Below are positions 10,107 through 20,987 of a stretch of DNA of 54,488 bases, piece by piece (positions within the stretch are counted from its first letter, which is position 1; each line of letters opens with the position of its first letter). The stretch covers positions 1-54,488 of the forward strand of contig JBDRFY010000080.1 of NCBI GenBank assembly GCA_043818275.1, read 5' to 3'. Below the pieces are notes generated by a model that saw only the letters and a list, made by a program, of their open reading frames with translations, was not told the origin of the DNA and made no database searches. Made by a program: the position numbers and the translations under genes. This stretch comes from a bacterium. Lineage in GTDB: Bacteria > Babelota > Babeliae > Babelales > JAUWHS01.

Positions 10107-13070
10107 TTATTCTTGTACTCTAATTCCCCAATCACCAGGAACAACCCAGGCTCCCGTAGCAGTATTTCTAACCATAAGACCAACATTATATGCCAAATTT
10201 TCAGTTGTATCCAAATTGATAGTTTTTTCACTGGATCTAAAATTAGAAACATTTGAACTTATATTTATTTTTTTCAAAAAACCGATTCTGCCAAAATTCT
10301 TAGGCAACATATGAAAACCAAAAACACCATCAGTTATAAAATTACTTCGAAATTCTCCAATCTGATAAAAATAATGCCTGGCATCATCTTCTTTAATCAA
10401 AATTAAAGCATCATTTTCAACGTAAAAACGATAAACGGTTGCCAAATCAAGACTCATGTCTGCAGCCAAAACATATAAATTTCCAGTTGCTGTATCTCCC
10501 CCCCTTAAACGGGAAAGAAAACTTAAGCTTTGAATTGGACCTAAAGAAGTTAATCCTATTCCAGGAATACCAGAATTAATTTTAACCTCTTCCCAAATAA
10601 TTGGCGTACCTTTCAGATCTTCTGTTTTAAATAACCCATAAATTGTTGCAAGAAGTCCAAGATTGCCACAAATCATAAAATCTGAAATAAAAGTTCCCTG
10701 AATTGACGTTGGTAAATTTATTTTTGTACCAGTAACGAGTGGAGCTCCCGCCGCGCTAAAATTATTCGCATCCATTTCAATTTTATAAATTGATTCATCA
10801 GTAACAACATAAAGAAAATTATTATCTGGATCTGAAACCAACTTTCTAATATGGGAAAAATCGCCAATTTTCTTAAGTGTAAATCCAGGTAATATATTTT
10901 GAAATTGATAATCATTTAAGCCAATATTAGTATTCCAACCATCACCATTATTATCACTCAATACTGCAAGACCACCAAACCCACCGACAAAAATCCAACC
11001 ATAATTTCCAGCGGTTGAAATTCTTGAAACCTCCGAACAACAGATCGGTCCAATTTGATTTAAAACATCATCATCTTTTCGAATAATTGAAACATTTGGA
11101 TCAGCATAATTTGTTGTTGAATTAAATGTCGTACCATCAACTTTACCTGTTTCAAGTAAAACAACTTTTTTATATCCGGTTGCTATCATCATAGAAAACG
11201 CATTAAATCCCGGAGTCTTTTCATCAAAATTAAATATTTGATGCACACCGGCATACCCCTGAACAAATTCTTTTCCTAAAAAATCAACAAAGGAGCCAAG
11301 CATTTTATCTGAACTATCCCCCGTACCCCATTGAGTTACTTTTACCGTATTTTTATTTGCCACGTCTCCAGTTAAATACCAAAAATTTCCATTTCCGGAA
11401 TTTGAATTATTAGTATTAACAGTTTTATTATCAAGACCGGCGCCAAAAACTTTATCTGTACTTCCCATCACACGTTGCCAACCTGTCCAGGAAAAAATTT
11501 TTCCATCGTTATCAAATAACGCAGTACTTTTAAAAATACCAGCTTCCCGCTCACCAGTGTTTCTATCGCCAGAAAGACAAACAAAAACAGAATCACCAAC
11601 AACAAATAAATTCTCAACATCATTAATCGTTGGTAACAATGGCAAATAATCATTTCCAACCCAGGCTTTTGTAAAATCAGAATCAATATCAACATCCAAT
11701 AACTGATCTGCCGCATCTATAATTTTTGTAAAATCATCTTTTTGCGCCAGCTTTCCAATATTTTGCTCTTCACCTGATTTAACAATCGGCAAGGCATAAA
11801 CCTGATTTTTTGCGTCCCCTTCATCTAGATATTCTTTTCCACCATTTAAAATTAAATAAGAATAACCGGTGCTGGTATGCATAACTTTAACTTTATAACC
11901 TGAAGCATAATATTGATTATTATCATTCGCGTAAAAACCAACAACATTATTTCCTGTATCATTTTGTTTAAAATAATTTTCCACTAATCCCGAGACAGGT
12001 TGAAGAATTAATCCTCCGTTAGAACCAATCCTTCCGACTAAAACAGAAACAGCTCCGCCGGTATTTAAAATATTATCCTGAGTTGCGCCGGTTAACACAA
12101 CAAATAATCTTTGCAATTTTGAATCCCAATACATATCGCCAAAACCAGAAATTTTAGCATCTGTATTAATCGCAATCATTTCATCAGAACCCAAATTCAA
12201 TTCCAACGCTTTGTTTCCGTCCACAATTCCATTATCAGCGTTTAAAATGCTTAATCTTGTTTCCGGACTTCCCGCTATTGTCTGAACCCGCAATAACGCA
12301 AAGCCGGAATCTTGCGTACCAAAATCAGTTTCATCTTCAGGTGTCACTGCCGCAAAAACATTAGCATTACTCGCAGCAAGACCAACAACATTTGATGCTT
12401 TATTTGTTCCACTTGCATCATTAATATCTGTAATATTTTCATTTTGTTTATGCGTTAGCAGTAATCTTGCATCATTTTGCAACGCACAAATTTGAGGATC
12501 TTTATTATCACCAACATCTTGTCTATTAAAACTTAAAACAGGATTTAAAGATTCATCCAATGTTAATTGTTCAATTTTTTGACCATAAACCGGATTTTCA
12601 CTTTGTTTGTAGTTTTTATCTTTGCTGTTGTTATCAATCTCATTATTTACAACAACAAGTTCATAAGCTCGTGGTTGCAAATCAACATAATTTTTTTGAG
12701 AATCAGAATTAAATAGAACCGTTACCAATGTTAAAGCAAATTGTTTAAGAGAAGCATTATTCAATTTTTCATTACTTCCCAAATAAAATTGATCATCTCC
12801 ACCAAAAACATTTTTATTAAATGAAACAAGATTTAATTTCTCTTCAATTGATTTTTGGCCAGTAGATTTTAACATTTCTCTATCTTTGTTTGACACACCA
12901 ACTTCAGCGCTAAGAACATATTCATCTTGTTTTAAAACAGCGGCTCCAGATTCTTTATCAAGGCTGATCACAAGTTTGGCATCAAAGCTTTTGCTGATTG
13001 ATAAAAAAATGTTTGATGAAAATAAAAAAGATAAAAAGAATAACGGAATAATAAAATAATTTCTCTTCAT
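10107..13070 (-). CDS. Large exported beta-rich protein (possible beta-propeller or surface protein)
   Basis: About 987-aa ORF with signal peptide and Asn/Asp/Gly-rich beta-strand composition. ATG at 13070 preferred over TTG at 13076. Confidence 0.75.
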   Translation of the reverse strand: MKRNYFIIPLFFLSFLFSSNIFLSISKSFDAKLVISLDKESGAAVLKQDEYVLSAEVGVSNKDREMLKSTGQKSIEEKLNLVSFNKNVFGGDDQFYLGSNEKLNNASLKQFALTLVTVLFNSDSQKNYVDLQPRAYELVVVNNEIDNNSKDKNYKQSENPVYGQKIEQLTLDESLNPVLSFNRQDVGDNKDPQICALQNDARLLLTHKQNENITDINDASGTNKASNVVGLAASNANVFAAVTPEDETDFGTQDSGFALLRVQTIAGSPETRLSILNADNGIVDGNKALELNLGSDEMIAINTDAKISGFGDMYWDSKLQRLFVVLTGATQDNILNTGGAVSVLVGRIGSNGGLILQPVSGLVENYFKQNDTGNNVVGFYANDNNQYYASGYKVKVMHTSTGYSYLILNGGKEYLDEGDAKNQVYALPIVKSGEEQNIGKLAQKDDFTKIIDAADQLLDVDIDSDFTKAWVGNDYLPLLPTINDVENLFVVGDSVFVCLSGDRNTGEREAGIFKSTALFDNDGKIFSWTGWQRVMGSTDKVFGAGLDNKTVNTNNSNSGNGNFWYLTGDVANKNTVKVTQWGTGDSSDKMLGSFVDFLGKEFVQGYAGVHQIFNFDEKTPGFNAFSMMIATGYKKVVLLETGKVDGTTFNSTTNYADPNVSIIRKDDDVLNQIGPICCSEVSRISTAGNYGWIFVGGFGGLAVLSDNNGDGWNTNIGLNDYQFQNILPGFTLKKIGDFSHIRKLVSDPDNNFLYVVTDESIYKIEMDANNFSAAGAPLVTGTKINLPTSIQGTFISDFMICGNLGLLATIYGLFKTEDLKGTPIIWEEVKINSGIPGIGLTSLGPIQSLSFLSRLRGGDTATGNLYVLAADMSLDLATVYRFYVENDALILIKEDDARHYFYQIGEFRSNFITDGVFGFHMLPKNFGRIGFLKKINISSNVSNFRSSEKTINLDTTENLAYNVGLMVRNTATGAWVVPGDWGIRVQE

Positions 13071-13098
13071 ACTCAAAACCTTTTAAATTTTTAAATTA

Positions 13099-14661
13099 TT
13101 ACTTAGACAAGAAATATAACTTAAGCCCAAAAATCTTTCTACTAAAAAAGATAAAGATAAACGATAAAAACGCTAAAGTAAAAACTACAAACCAATACCC
13201 CCACTGCTGACTAAAAAATAAATACCAATAAGTACCTTCAAAATATTTTAAAAAAGAAAAATAACTTATAATAAAAAACGCACAGGCCAATAAAATCTGA
13301 ATTAAAAAACGACCTATAAAATTAAAAAAATTGGCGGAATAAAAAATAATACCATGCTTAGTCTTTAGAAAATGCAAACATAAAAAAGTTAACGCTATAG
13401 CTGAAACAACTGTTGAACCGGCAAGACCATAAATCCCCCAAAAATACATCCCAACAATATTTCCTATAAAGTTAATAATTGTTGAAGCCGCGAGAGCAAT
13501 TGTCGGCGTAAATGTATCTTTCAAAGAATAAAAAACATTAACGAAAATTTTATTCAGACTAAAAAAAACCAACCCTGTACAATAAATAATCAAAAGCCAT
13601 TTCGCTATAAAAATATTTTCCGGATTAATATTTTTTCCGAACATTAAAATTGAAAAAATTTTTTCCGCGCTAAATATTAAAAATAACATTGATGGAATAA
13701 CCAGAAAAGTTATAAATTTAGCACTTTCTAAAACATAAAATTTTAATCTTGATGGCGCGTATAAAGATATCCGGGAGAGCTGAGAAAGCAAAACGGTTGA
13801 AAAACTAATTGCAAGAACACCCAGCGGAATATTCATAAACCTTCCGGCATAATGAACAAGGGAAACAGAACCTTTGGGCAAATAAGAACTCAGAATCATA
13901 TCTAAATATAAATTAATCTCTACAATTCCAACCCCAAACAAACAAAAAATAAATTTTCTTAAAAGTTCCCAAAAATCCTGCTTTGCCGTTTCATTAATTC
14001 TGAAAAAATTAAAATTATAATTAAAATAAACAATCAAATGCGCCAGAAAAAATAAAACACTTCCAAATAATGCGCCAAAGCATAACCAATAAGCGCTCAA
14101 ATCAAACGATAGGCATAAAATAAGCGCTGTAACAAGAGAAATATTTAACAATACAGGAGCAAAAGCAGGAATAAAAAAATGATTAGCAGCCTGCAAAGCA
14201 GAAGCCAAAAGAGCTGAACTTGATATAAATAAAATCATGGGAAACATTATGCGCAAAAAAGGAACTGCGTAATTTATTTGTTCCGCAGAGAAACCTGGAG
14301 CAACAACCCTTAAAACTACATCCGGAAAGAAAAAAACAAATACACATAAAAGAAGAATAAATCCTTCAAAAAAAATAAAGGAAACCGTCATCAAACTATT
14401 TGCCTGATCCTGTTTACCTTCTTTCATCCTTTTGACAAATATTGGAACTGAAGCCGCAGAAAGAGCGCCTTCCGCTAAAAGCTTTCTTAAAAAAACTGGT
14501 ATTTTAAATGCCGCTAAAAAAGCATCTGATATCGCATTTACACCAAGAAACCTGCCAAATAAAACTTCTCTTACAATACCAAAAAGTCTACTTAAAAAGG
14601 TTGCGCTTCCAGCCTGAATTGTTTTTTTTAATATTGTTCGTTTGCCCATATTTGAATTCAT
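13099..14661 (-). CDS. murJ: Lipid II flippase MurJ (MviN)
   Basis: 'SRLFGIVRE', 'DAFLAAFKIP..LRKLLAEGALS...VP', many TM helices. Confidence 0.95.
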   Translation of the reverse strand: MNSNMGKRTILKKTIQAGSATFLSRLFGIVREVLFGRFLGVNAISDAFLAAFKIPVFLRKLLAEGALSAASVPIFVKRMKEGKQDQANSLMTVSFIFFEGFILLLCVFVFFFPDVVLRVVAPGFSAEQINYAVPFLRIMFPMILFISSSALLASALQAANHFFIPAFAPVLLNISLVTALILCLSFDLSAYWLCFGALFGSVLFFLAHLIVYFNYNFNFFRINETAKQDFWELLRKFIFCLFGVGIVEINLYLDMILSSYLPKGSVSLVHYAGRFMNIPLGVLAISFSTVLLSQLSRISLYAPSRLKFYVLESAKFITFLVIPSMLFLIFSAEKIFSILMFGKNINPENIFIAKWLLIIYCTGLVFFSLNKIFVNVFYSLKDTFTPTIALAASTIINFIGNIVGMYFWGIYGLAGSTVVSAIALTFLCLHFLKTKHGIIFYSANFFNFIGRFLIQILLACAFFIISYFSFLKYFEGTYWYLFFSQQWGYWFVVFTLAFLSFIFIFFSRKIFGLKLYFLSK

Positions 14662-14721
14662 ATAGATTCCTTTTTTTGCTATTTAAAAAATGAAAAAATA
14701 ATTGCAGTTATTTTAATAGAT

Positions 14722-15411
14722 TTATTTTGATTTAACAGCAAAAAGTTTCCCTTCATGCAAATTAAAAATAGAATCCATTTTTTCATAAACAGCTTTATCA
14801 TGCGAACAAAGAATGATACCCATACCAAAATCCTGCTTTAATTTTAATAAAAAATTGATAACAATTTGCGCATTATCTTCATCCAGATTACCGGTAGGTT
14901 CATCTGCTAATAAAAATTTAGGATTATTAAAAATTGATCTTAGAATAGAAACTCTTTGTTGCTCTCCACCAGATAATTGAGTTGGTAAACTTTCAGCTTT
15001 TTGAGTAAGCCCAACAAGCTTTAAAAGATCATAAGCTCTTTTTTGGCAAGTATCTTTATCCAAACCCTTAATCAAACCCATCAACATTATGTTTTGCAAA
15101 ACCGTTAACTCTTTAATTAAATAATGAAACTGAAAAATAAATCCTATTTTTTGATTTAAAAATAAATCTCTTTGTTTATCTTTTAATTTAAAAATTGATT
15201 TATCATCAAATAAAACATCACCAGAAGTTGGCTCATCCAGCCTTCCTAAAATGTGTAAAAATGTCGATTTTCCACTTCCGGAAACTCCATTGACCGCGTA
15301 ACTTTTTCCATGTTCAAATTCGGCATCTATACCTCTTAATACCTCCACCTTTTTATCACCCTGAATAAAATTTTTATGCAAATTTTTTACAACAAATTTC
15401 GATTCACTCAT
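14722..15411 (-). CDS. lolD: Lipoprotein-releasing ABC transporter ATPase, LolD-like
   Basis: GVSGSGKST, 'IGFIFQFHYL', LSGGEQQRV, 'ADEPTGNLD'. ATG at 15411 has a GGAG RBS (the ORF track starts at TTG 15423). Confidence 0.85.
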   Translation of the reverse strand: MSESKFVVKNLHKNFIQGDKKVEVLRGIDAEFEHGKSYAVNGVSGSGKSTFLHILGRLDEPTSGDVLFDDKSIFKLKDKQRDLFLNQKIGFIFQFHYLIKELTVLQNIMLMGLIKGLDKDTCQKRAYDLLKLVGLTQKAESLPTQLSGGEQQRVSILRSIFNNPKFLLADEPTGNLDEDNAQIVINFLLKLKQDFGMGIILCSHDKAVYEKMDSIFNLHEGKLFAVKSK

Positions 15412-15626
15412 TTTTTGCTCCAAATTTAAAAATTTTTAACCTACAATTTAACATTAGGACCCGAAGAATAAAAGCTTTAAAAATTGATACATTTTAGCTG
15501 ATTCACAAGAAAGTTGCTCTGAGACAATAAAATAATCTATCTTTTTAAATGAAAAGCGCAAACGCAAGATGATTTGAAAATTCGGGGCAAAAAAATTAGG
15601 GGCTTTAATGGGGGAGGGGATATATC

Positions 15627-17972
15627 ATGAAGGACAAAAAACAAAATTCATTACTTCAGGAAATTCCAAAAATCCTTCCGGTCATACCAACAATGGACGT
15701 TGTTGTATTTCCAAATATGGTTGTACCATTATTAATACTTGATGAAAAAATTGCAAAAGGCGTTCAGCAAGTAATGGAAACACATAAAAAAGTTTTATTA
15801 CTTGCAGCAAAAGAACAACCTGAAAATTATCAGGGACCAATCGGTGTCGAAGATCTTTACAGCACAGGTACCGTAGCTAATATAATGCGGGTTATGGATT
15901 TGCCTGATGGTGGAATTAAAGTTCTTACACAAGGAATAGCTAAAGCAAGAGTTGAAGAAATGTTACAAGATCAGGATGTCTTACGCGTAGAAATTACACC
16001 GGAAGAATTTAAACTAGCACCTCAAGATCAGGGTGAAATAGAAAAACAAATGAAAATGATTATCTCTATTATAGAAAAAATAAGCTCTTCTGGAAGAGAA
16101 TTTGGACCTGATTTTCATGTAATTCTTTCTCAAATTCAGGAACCTGAAAGATTTGCTGATTTTGTTCTTTCACATTTAAATTTAAAAGTTTCAGAAGCTC
16201 AGGATCTTTTAGAAAAAGAAACCATTTTAGATTTATTAAAAAAATTAAATACATATATAAATGAAGAACTGGAATTATCAACTGTTCAGGAAAAAATTCA
16301 AAGTGAAACACGTGATTCAATAAATAAATCTCAAAAAGAATATTATCTTCGCGAACAGCTTCGGGCAATTCAAAAAGAATTGGGTGACGAAGATGAATCA
16401 GAAGTTGAAAATTTAAAGAAAAAAGCAGTTGAACTTCCGTTAACAGATGAAGCACGTGAGGAAATTACAAGACAAGTCAGAAGACTGGAAAAAACAGCTC
16501 CTGATTCAATGGAAGCAACAGTACTGCGCAACCATATTGAATGGGTTTTAGCGTTACCATGGGGGAATATTACAAAAGATGACACAGATATTGAGCATGC
16601 AAAAAAAGTTTTAGATGAAGATCATTATGGTTTAAATGAAATAAAAGAAAGAATCCTGGACTTTTTATCAATAAGACATTTAAAAGAAGACAGTCATACA
16701 CCAATTTTATGTTTTTCCGGCCCTCCGGGAGTTGGAAAAACTTCATTGGGCAAATCAATTGCGAAATGCCTGGGAAGAAAATTTTTCAGATTATCTCTTG
16801 GAGGTGTTCACGATGAATCTGAAATAAGAGGACACAGAAGAACATATGTTGGCGCATTGCCAGGAAGATTTGTACAAGCTTTGCGCTCCGCCGGATCTAT
16901 GAATCCTTTAATTATGATAGATGAAATAGATAAAATCGGTTCTTCTCAAAGAGGGGATCCATCTGCAGCGTTGCTGGAAGTTTTAGATCCAGAACAAAAT
17001 GATAGTTTTTATGATAACTATTTAGGAATTCACCTTGATCTGTCAAAAACATTATTCATAACAACTGCAAATGATTTAAGTACAATCCCTGGACCATTAA
17101 GAGACAGAATGGAAATCATTCAACTTCCAGGTTATTTAATTGAAGAAAAAGTAGAAATTGCAAAACGACACCTTGTAAACAAAGCGATTTTAAACGCTGG
17201 TCTTGAAGAAAAAGGTTTTTCAATTGAAGATGAAATAATCGCTGATATGGTTGAAAAATATACACGCGAATCAGGTGTTCGTGAGCTTGAAAGATTTATA
17301 AGTAAACTGTGCTCAAAATATGCACGAGGGTTAGTAGAAGGAAATCCAAACCTTAAATTTACAAGAGAAAATTTAAGAGATTTTCTGGGACCAAGAAGAA
17401 TTGGTTTTGATGAAAATTTAAAAGGTAACAAAATCGGCGTAACAAACGGACTTGCATGGACACCTTACGGTGGCGAAGTTATGCAGGTTGAAGCAGTCTT
17501 AATGCCAGGAAACGGAAAATTAATTTTAACCGGTCAACTTGGTGATGTAATGAAAGAATCTGCACAAGCTGCGTTAACTTATATTAAATCACATGCAGAT
17601 AAATTAGGTGTTGATCAAAAAATGTTTACTGAAAAAGATTTACACATTCACCTACCAGCTGGAGCAATTCCAAAGGATGGACCTTCTGCCGGAATCACCC
17701 TGGTCTCTTCAATTTTATCTGTATTTATTAACAAGCCAATAAACGGTGAATACGCAATGACAGGAGAAGTTAATCTTCAGGGTGGAGTTATGCCTATCGG
17801 TGGACTTAAAGAAAAGATATTGGCAGCAAAACGTCGCGGTCTGACGCACATAATTTTGCCAAAATCAAATCAGGAAGATTTAATTGATGATCTTCATGTC
17901 ATTGAAGGTATAATTGTTCACTGGGTAGAAGATGTTGCAGAAGTTTTAGATCAAATTTTGGTAATAAAATAA
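15627..17972 (+). CDS. lon: ATP-dependent protease La
   Basis: GPPGVGKTS, 'RGHRRTYVGALPG', 'PKDGPSAG', 'IGGLKEK'. Confidence 0.98.
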   Translation: MKDKKQNSLLQEIPKILPVIPTMDVVVFPNMVVPLLILDEKIAKGVQQVMETHKKVLLLAAKEQPENYQGPIGVEDLYSTGTVANIMRVMDLPDGGIKVLTQGIAKARVEEMLQDQDVLRVEITPEEFKLAPQDQGEIEKQMKMIISIIEKISSSGREFGPDFHVILSQIQEPERFADFVLSHLNLKVSEAQDLLEKETILDLLKKLNTYINEELELSTVQEKIQSETRDSINKSQKEYYLREQLRAIQKELGDEDESEVENLKKKAVELPLTDEAREEITRQVRRLEKTAPDSMEATVLRNHIEWVLALPWGNITKDDTDIEHAKKVLDEDHYGLNEIKERILDFLSIRHLKEDSHTPILCFSGPPGVGKTSLGKSIAKCLGRKFFRLSLGGVHDESEIRGHRRTYVGALPGRFVQALRSAGSMNPLIMIDEIDKIGSSQRGDPSAALLEVLDPEQNDSFYDNYLGIHLDLSKTLFITTANDLSTIPGPLRDRMEIIQLPGYLIEEKVEIAKRHLVNKAILNAGLEEKGFSIEDEIIADMVEKYTRESGVRELERFISKLCSKYARGLVEGNPNLKFTRENLRDFLGPRRIGFDENLKGNKIGVTNGLAWTPYGGEVMQVEAVLMPGNGKLILTGQLGDVMKESAQAALTYIKSHADKLGVDQKMFTEKDLHIHLPAGAIPKDGPSAGITLVSSILSVFINKPINGEYAMTGEVNLQGGVMPIGGLKEKILAAKRRGLTHIILPKSNQEDLIDDLHVIEGIIVHWVEDVAEVLDQILVIK

Positions 17973-17998
17973 TTAATAATTAAATTTTTTAAAACTAT

Positions 17999-18019
17999 GG
18001 GCGCTATTTTTTAGCGCCC
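17999..18019. terminator. Hairpin between convergent genes, probable terminator
   Basis: GGGCGCTA-TTTTT-TAGCGCCC. Confidence 0.65.
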
Positions 18020-18023
18020 TAAT

Positions 18024-18566
18024 TTATTTAATCCATTTGTAAATAAAGAATCCGTTAACCAAATCTCCAATTAAAGCAAAAACTGATTCATATTGAGAAT
18101 CATCTTCATCAGAAGTTTTATAAAATATTTTTTCAACTTTATATGAATCATTAGATCGAGTTAAAAAATCTAAGATCTCTGATTTTTTACTCTCACTTGC
18201 TTGAACAAAAATATTTTCAATTTCAGTCTTAGCTGGATCAAATGTTTCTGTCCCTCTAAAAGAATTTAAATTTGACTCTACTTTAAATTTTTTATGACTC
18301 TCCTCTTCACCCTCATAAAAACAATTTACATAAAGATTCCAAAAAAAATTATCCTTATCCTCTTTTACGCATTCAACATAAACAATATTCTCCCAGCCCA
18401 CTTGAATTTTGCTTGAAATTGGTGAATTTGCGTAAAACATATAAAACATTTTATTGTTATCAATTGATTCTAAAATAAAAAAAGCCTCTTTTGTTGTTAC
18501 ATCACTTATAATAATTTTAGATTTTGGATCAAAACTTTCATTACAAATAATTTTCCATTGTGACAT
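18024..18566 (-). CDS. Hypothetical protein; the true start is probably ATG 18621, with its signal peptide cut off by a +1 frameshift in a T10 run
   Basis: 180-aa ORF. Upstream AGAGGA-ATG reads MKKIFSFFLFSFF and joins LFSFAMSQW if one T is removed from 18580-18589. Confidence 0.7.
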   Translation of the reverse strand: MSQWKIICNESFDPKSKIIISDVTTKEAFFILESIDNNKMFYMFYANSPISSKIQVGWENIVYVECVKEDKDNFFWNLYVNCFYEGEEESHKKFKVESNLNSFRGTETFDPAKTEIENIFVQASESKKSEILDFLTRSNDSYKVEKIFYKTSDEDDSQYESVFALIGDLVNGFFIYKWIK

Positions 18567-18751
18567 TGCAAAACTGAATAAAAAAAAAAGAAAAAAGAAA
18601 AAATGAAAATATTTTTTTCATAATTAAATCCTCTATTTTTTGAAAAAATTAAAGATAATATATATCAAAATATTTCATACTTGAACTTTTTGTTCCAAGT
18701 TGTTTAATTTATTAAATCTAAAAAAGAAATAATAAAAGGAGATTAATCAAA

Positions 18752-19870
18752 ATGAAAAAAGTTCTTACGATCGGCAGCGGAACTCAGGATATTTTCATTG
18801 ATCACAAAAGTCCAGAATTTATGACTTTGGCAAGCAAAGGAGGCACAATTCAATACGCTCTTTTTGAATCCGGAGAAAAAATAGAAGTTGAAAATATTGA
18901 TTATCACACCGGCGGAGGAAGTACAAATTCTTCTGTGTCATTTAAGCGTCTGGGATTCGATTCAACCTGTTTTTGCCAAATCGGCAGTGACACTTACGGT
19001 GAAAATATTTTAAATGATTTAAAAAAAGAAAAAGTAAATATAACAAATATCGTTAAAACAAAAACATATTCTTCCGGAGTTTCATTTATCATAAATTCTG
19101 CTCATGGGGAGCGAACAATTTTTGCTTACCGTGGAGCAAACGCGCATGTAAGTAAAAATCTGATTCCTTTTTCTGAAATAAAAAAACAGGATTTAATTTA
19201 TATAACATCTTTAAGCAATGATTCTGCAAAATTACTCCCTGACATCACTAAATTTGCAAAAGAAAACAAAATAACAGTTGCTATCAATCCCGGCATAAGT
19301 CAGCTAACAAAAGGAACTCTGATTTTAAAAAAATCATTAAAATATATCGACATTTTTATCATGAACAGTACTGAAGCAAAACAATTTATGACAGCATTGA
19401 TTGAAACTGATGAAAATTATAAAAAACTTCTTGAGAGCAGCAGAAAAACATTTAAGGAATGCAAAGAGCATGGTCCATGTTTAGTTGAAAATCCAATCTT
19501 ATACGAAAACACTTATTTCAGTATTTATAAATTTGTACGTGAAGTTTTAAAAATGGGCCCAAAAATTGTTGTTATCACAAATGGAGAAAACGGCGTTTAC
19601 GTTGGAGATAAAAAAGAAATTTTATTTCATCCAAGTATTAAAACAAAAGTGATTGATTCTGTAGGTGCTGGCGATTCTTTTGGTTCCTGTTTTGTTGCAA
19701 GCCTGCAGCTCGGTTACAAAATAGAAGAAGCATTAAAATTTGCAATGTTAAACAGCTCTTCGGTAATCAGCCAATTGGGTGCAAAAACCGGATTATTAAA
19801 ACTGGATCAAATAAAAAAAAGGACTGCAAAATTAAATCCTAAATTATTAAAACGATTTAAGTTAAGGTAA
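18752..19870 (+). CDS. PfkB family carbohydrate kinase
   Basis: 'GGGSTNSSV...RLG', 'GERTI', 'DSVGAGDSF'. Confidence 0.93.
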   Translation: MKKVLTIGSGTQDIFIDHKSPEFMTLASKGGTIQYALFESGEKIEVENIDYHTGGGSTNSSVSFKRLGFDSTCFCQIGSDTYGENILNDLKKEKVNITNIVKTKTYSSGVSFIINSAHGERTIFAYRGANAHVSKNLIPFSEIKKQDLIYITSLSNDSAKLLPDITKFAKENKITVAINPGISQLTKGTLILKKSLKYIDIFIMNSTEAKQFMTALIETDENYKKLLESSRKTFKECKEHGPCLVENPILYENTYFSIYKFVREVLKMGPKIVVITNGENGVYVGDKKEILFHPSIKTKVIDSVGAGDSFGSCFVASLQLGYKIEEALKFAMLNSSSVISQLGAKTGLLKLDQIKKRTAKLNPKLLKRFKLR

Positions 19871-19875
19871 AAAAT

Positions 19876-20811
19876 TTGGCGAAAAAAATTTATATACAAT
19901 TAAACAAGAAAAAACTATTGATAAGTAAAATTAAAAGATATGGAAATAAGTTTTTTCTAAAAAACCCACGAACCTTTAATATTCAAGCTTCGCAAGATAA
20001 TAAAATATTTAATCTCTCATCTATTTACACACAAATAAAAAATTATCTTAAAAAAAATAAACATAAAAAAACAAAAGCAATTATTTGTTCCCCTCAGGCA
20101 TCAAATGAAAAAAACCTACTTCAATTAACCCTTGTTTGCAGCAAAGCAAATCTTTTAATAGAAAAAATAACAGGTAAAAGTCAGTTAAAAAGAGAGAACT
20201 GTATGACCTTTTTTAATAAAAATGACCTTGATAATCAATTAGATTTTTTTAAAAAAATAAAACCGCCCAAAAAAAGTTTTCCATTCTTTTGGATTACCGG
20301 AACAACTTGCCTAATTTTAATTACGTTATTCACCCTAAACCAGTTGCAACAACTGGAAACTCGAAAACTTGAGTACTTAAATGACAAATTCAAAAAAATG
20401 AACACGCAAAATGAAAATTTGAAAATTTTACTGCAACAAAATCACTCTTTGCAGGCAAATAATAAAAAACTTAATGATCAAAAAAAATTGCTGCAAAAGG
20501 CTCAAAACAACCCCCAAAATATTTTATTATCCATCTCGCAAACAATTCCGGATATTTGCTGGCTTGAAAATCTTAAATTTGATTATTTATCAAAAGATAA
20601 AACCGGCAAAAACAAACAGCATCTCATTTTAATCCAGGGTAAAGCGGTTGAAAATAAAGATATTTTAAATTTAACAAAAAAATTATCTCTCAATCCTTTG
20701 TTTAATAACATCAAAATAGAAAGTATAAAAAAAGAAAAATTCGAAACTAATAGATTTCATTTAGAAAAGCCAAAGGTATATTCATTTAAAATTTCTGGAA
20801 TTATTATCTAA
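19876..20811 (+). CDS. PilN/GspL-like fimbrial assembly protein
   Basis: TM helix, coiled coil, then 'ISQTIPDICWLENL..IQGKA..L..NPLF..I.I' PilN-type domain; TTG start. Confidence 0.7.
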   Translation: MAKKIYIQLNKKKLLISKIKRYGNKFFLKNPRTFNIQASQDNKIFNLSSIYTQIKNYLKKNKHKKTKAIICSPQASNEKNLLQLTLVCSKANLLIEKITGKSQLKRENCMTFFNKNDLDNQLDFFKKIKPPKKSFPFFWITGTTCLILITLFTLNQLQQLETRKLEYLNDKFKKMNTQNENLKILLQQNHSLQANNKKLNDQKKLLQKAQNNPQNILLSISQTIPDICWLENLKFDYLSKDKTGKNKQHLILIQGKAVENKDILNLTKKLSLNPLFNNIKIESIKKEKFETNRFHLEKPKVYSFKISGIII

Positions 20812-20987
20812 AAAGCACCTCTGGACTTGCTAGAACACCTATTTCTTGCTAACATCATCCTTGTTTAGCTTTCAATTAATACCTCTTCTGGAGCAATTTT
20901 TTAAGCTAAAATACTATTTTTCTTGAAAGTTTTTTGGTGTTTTATTATTAACCCCTATAACGATATTGCGCACTTGGGTGCAAAGGA

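Noticed and set aside
16069..17431. Short alternative-frame and antisense ORFs within lon (and similar ones in rpsA, glyA, msbA, murJ, DegT, AKR)
   Set aside because: Fully nested in conserved housekeeping genes, with no independent coding signal.
18679..18700. GAAC-N5-GTTC palindrome upstream of pfkB as a LexA box
   Set aside because: The spacer is 5 nt rather than the 4 nt of the GAAC-N4-GTTC box; single occurrence.
20812..20987. Hairpins in the rpsA leader as an autoregulatory element
   Set aside because: Weak AT-rich stems; cannot be supported without comparative data.
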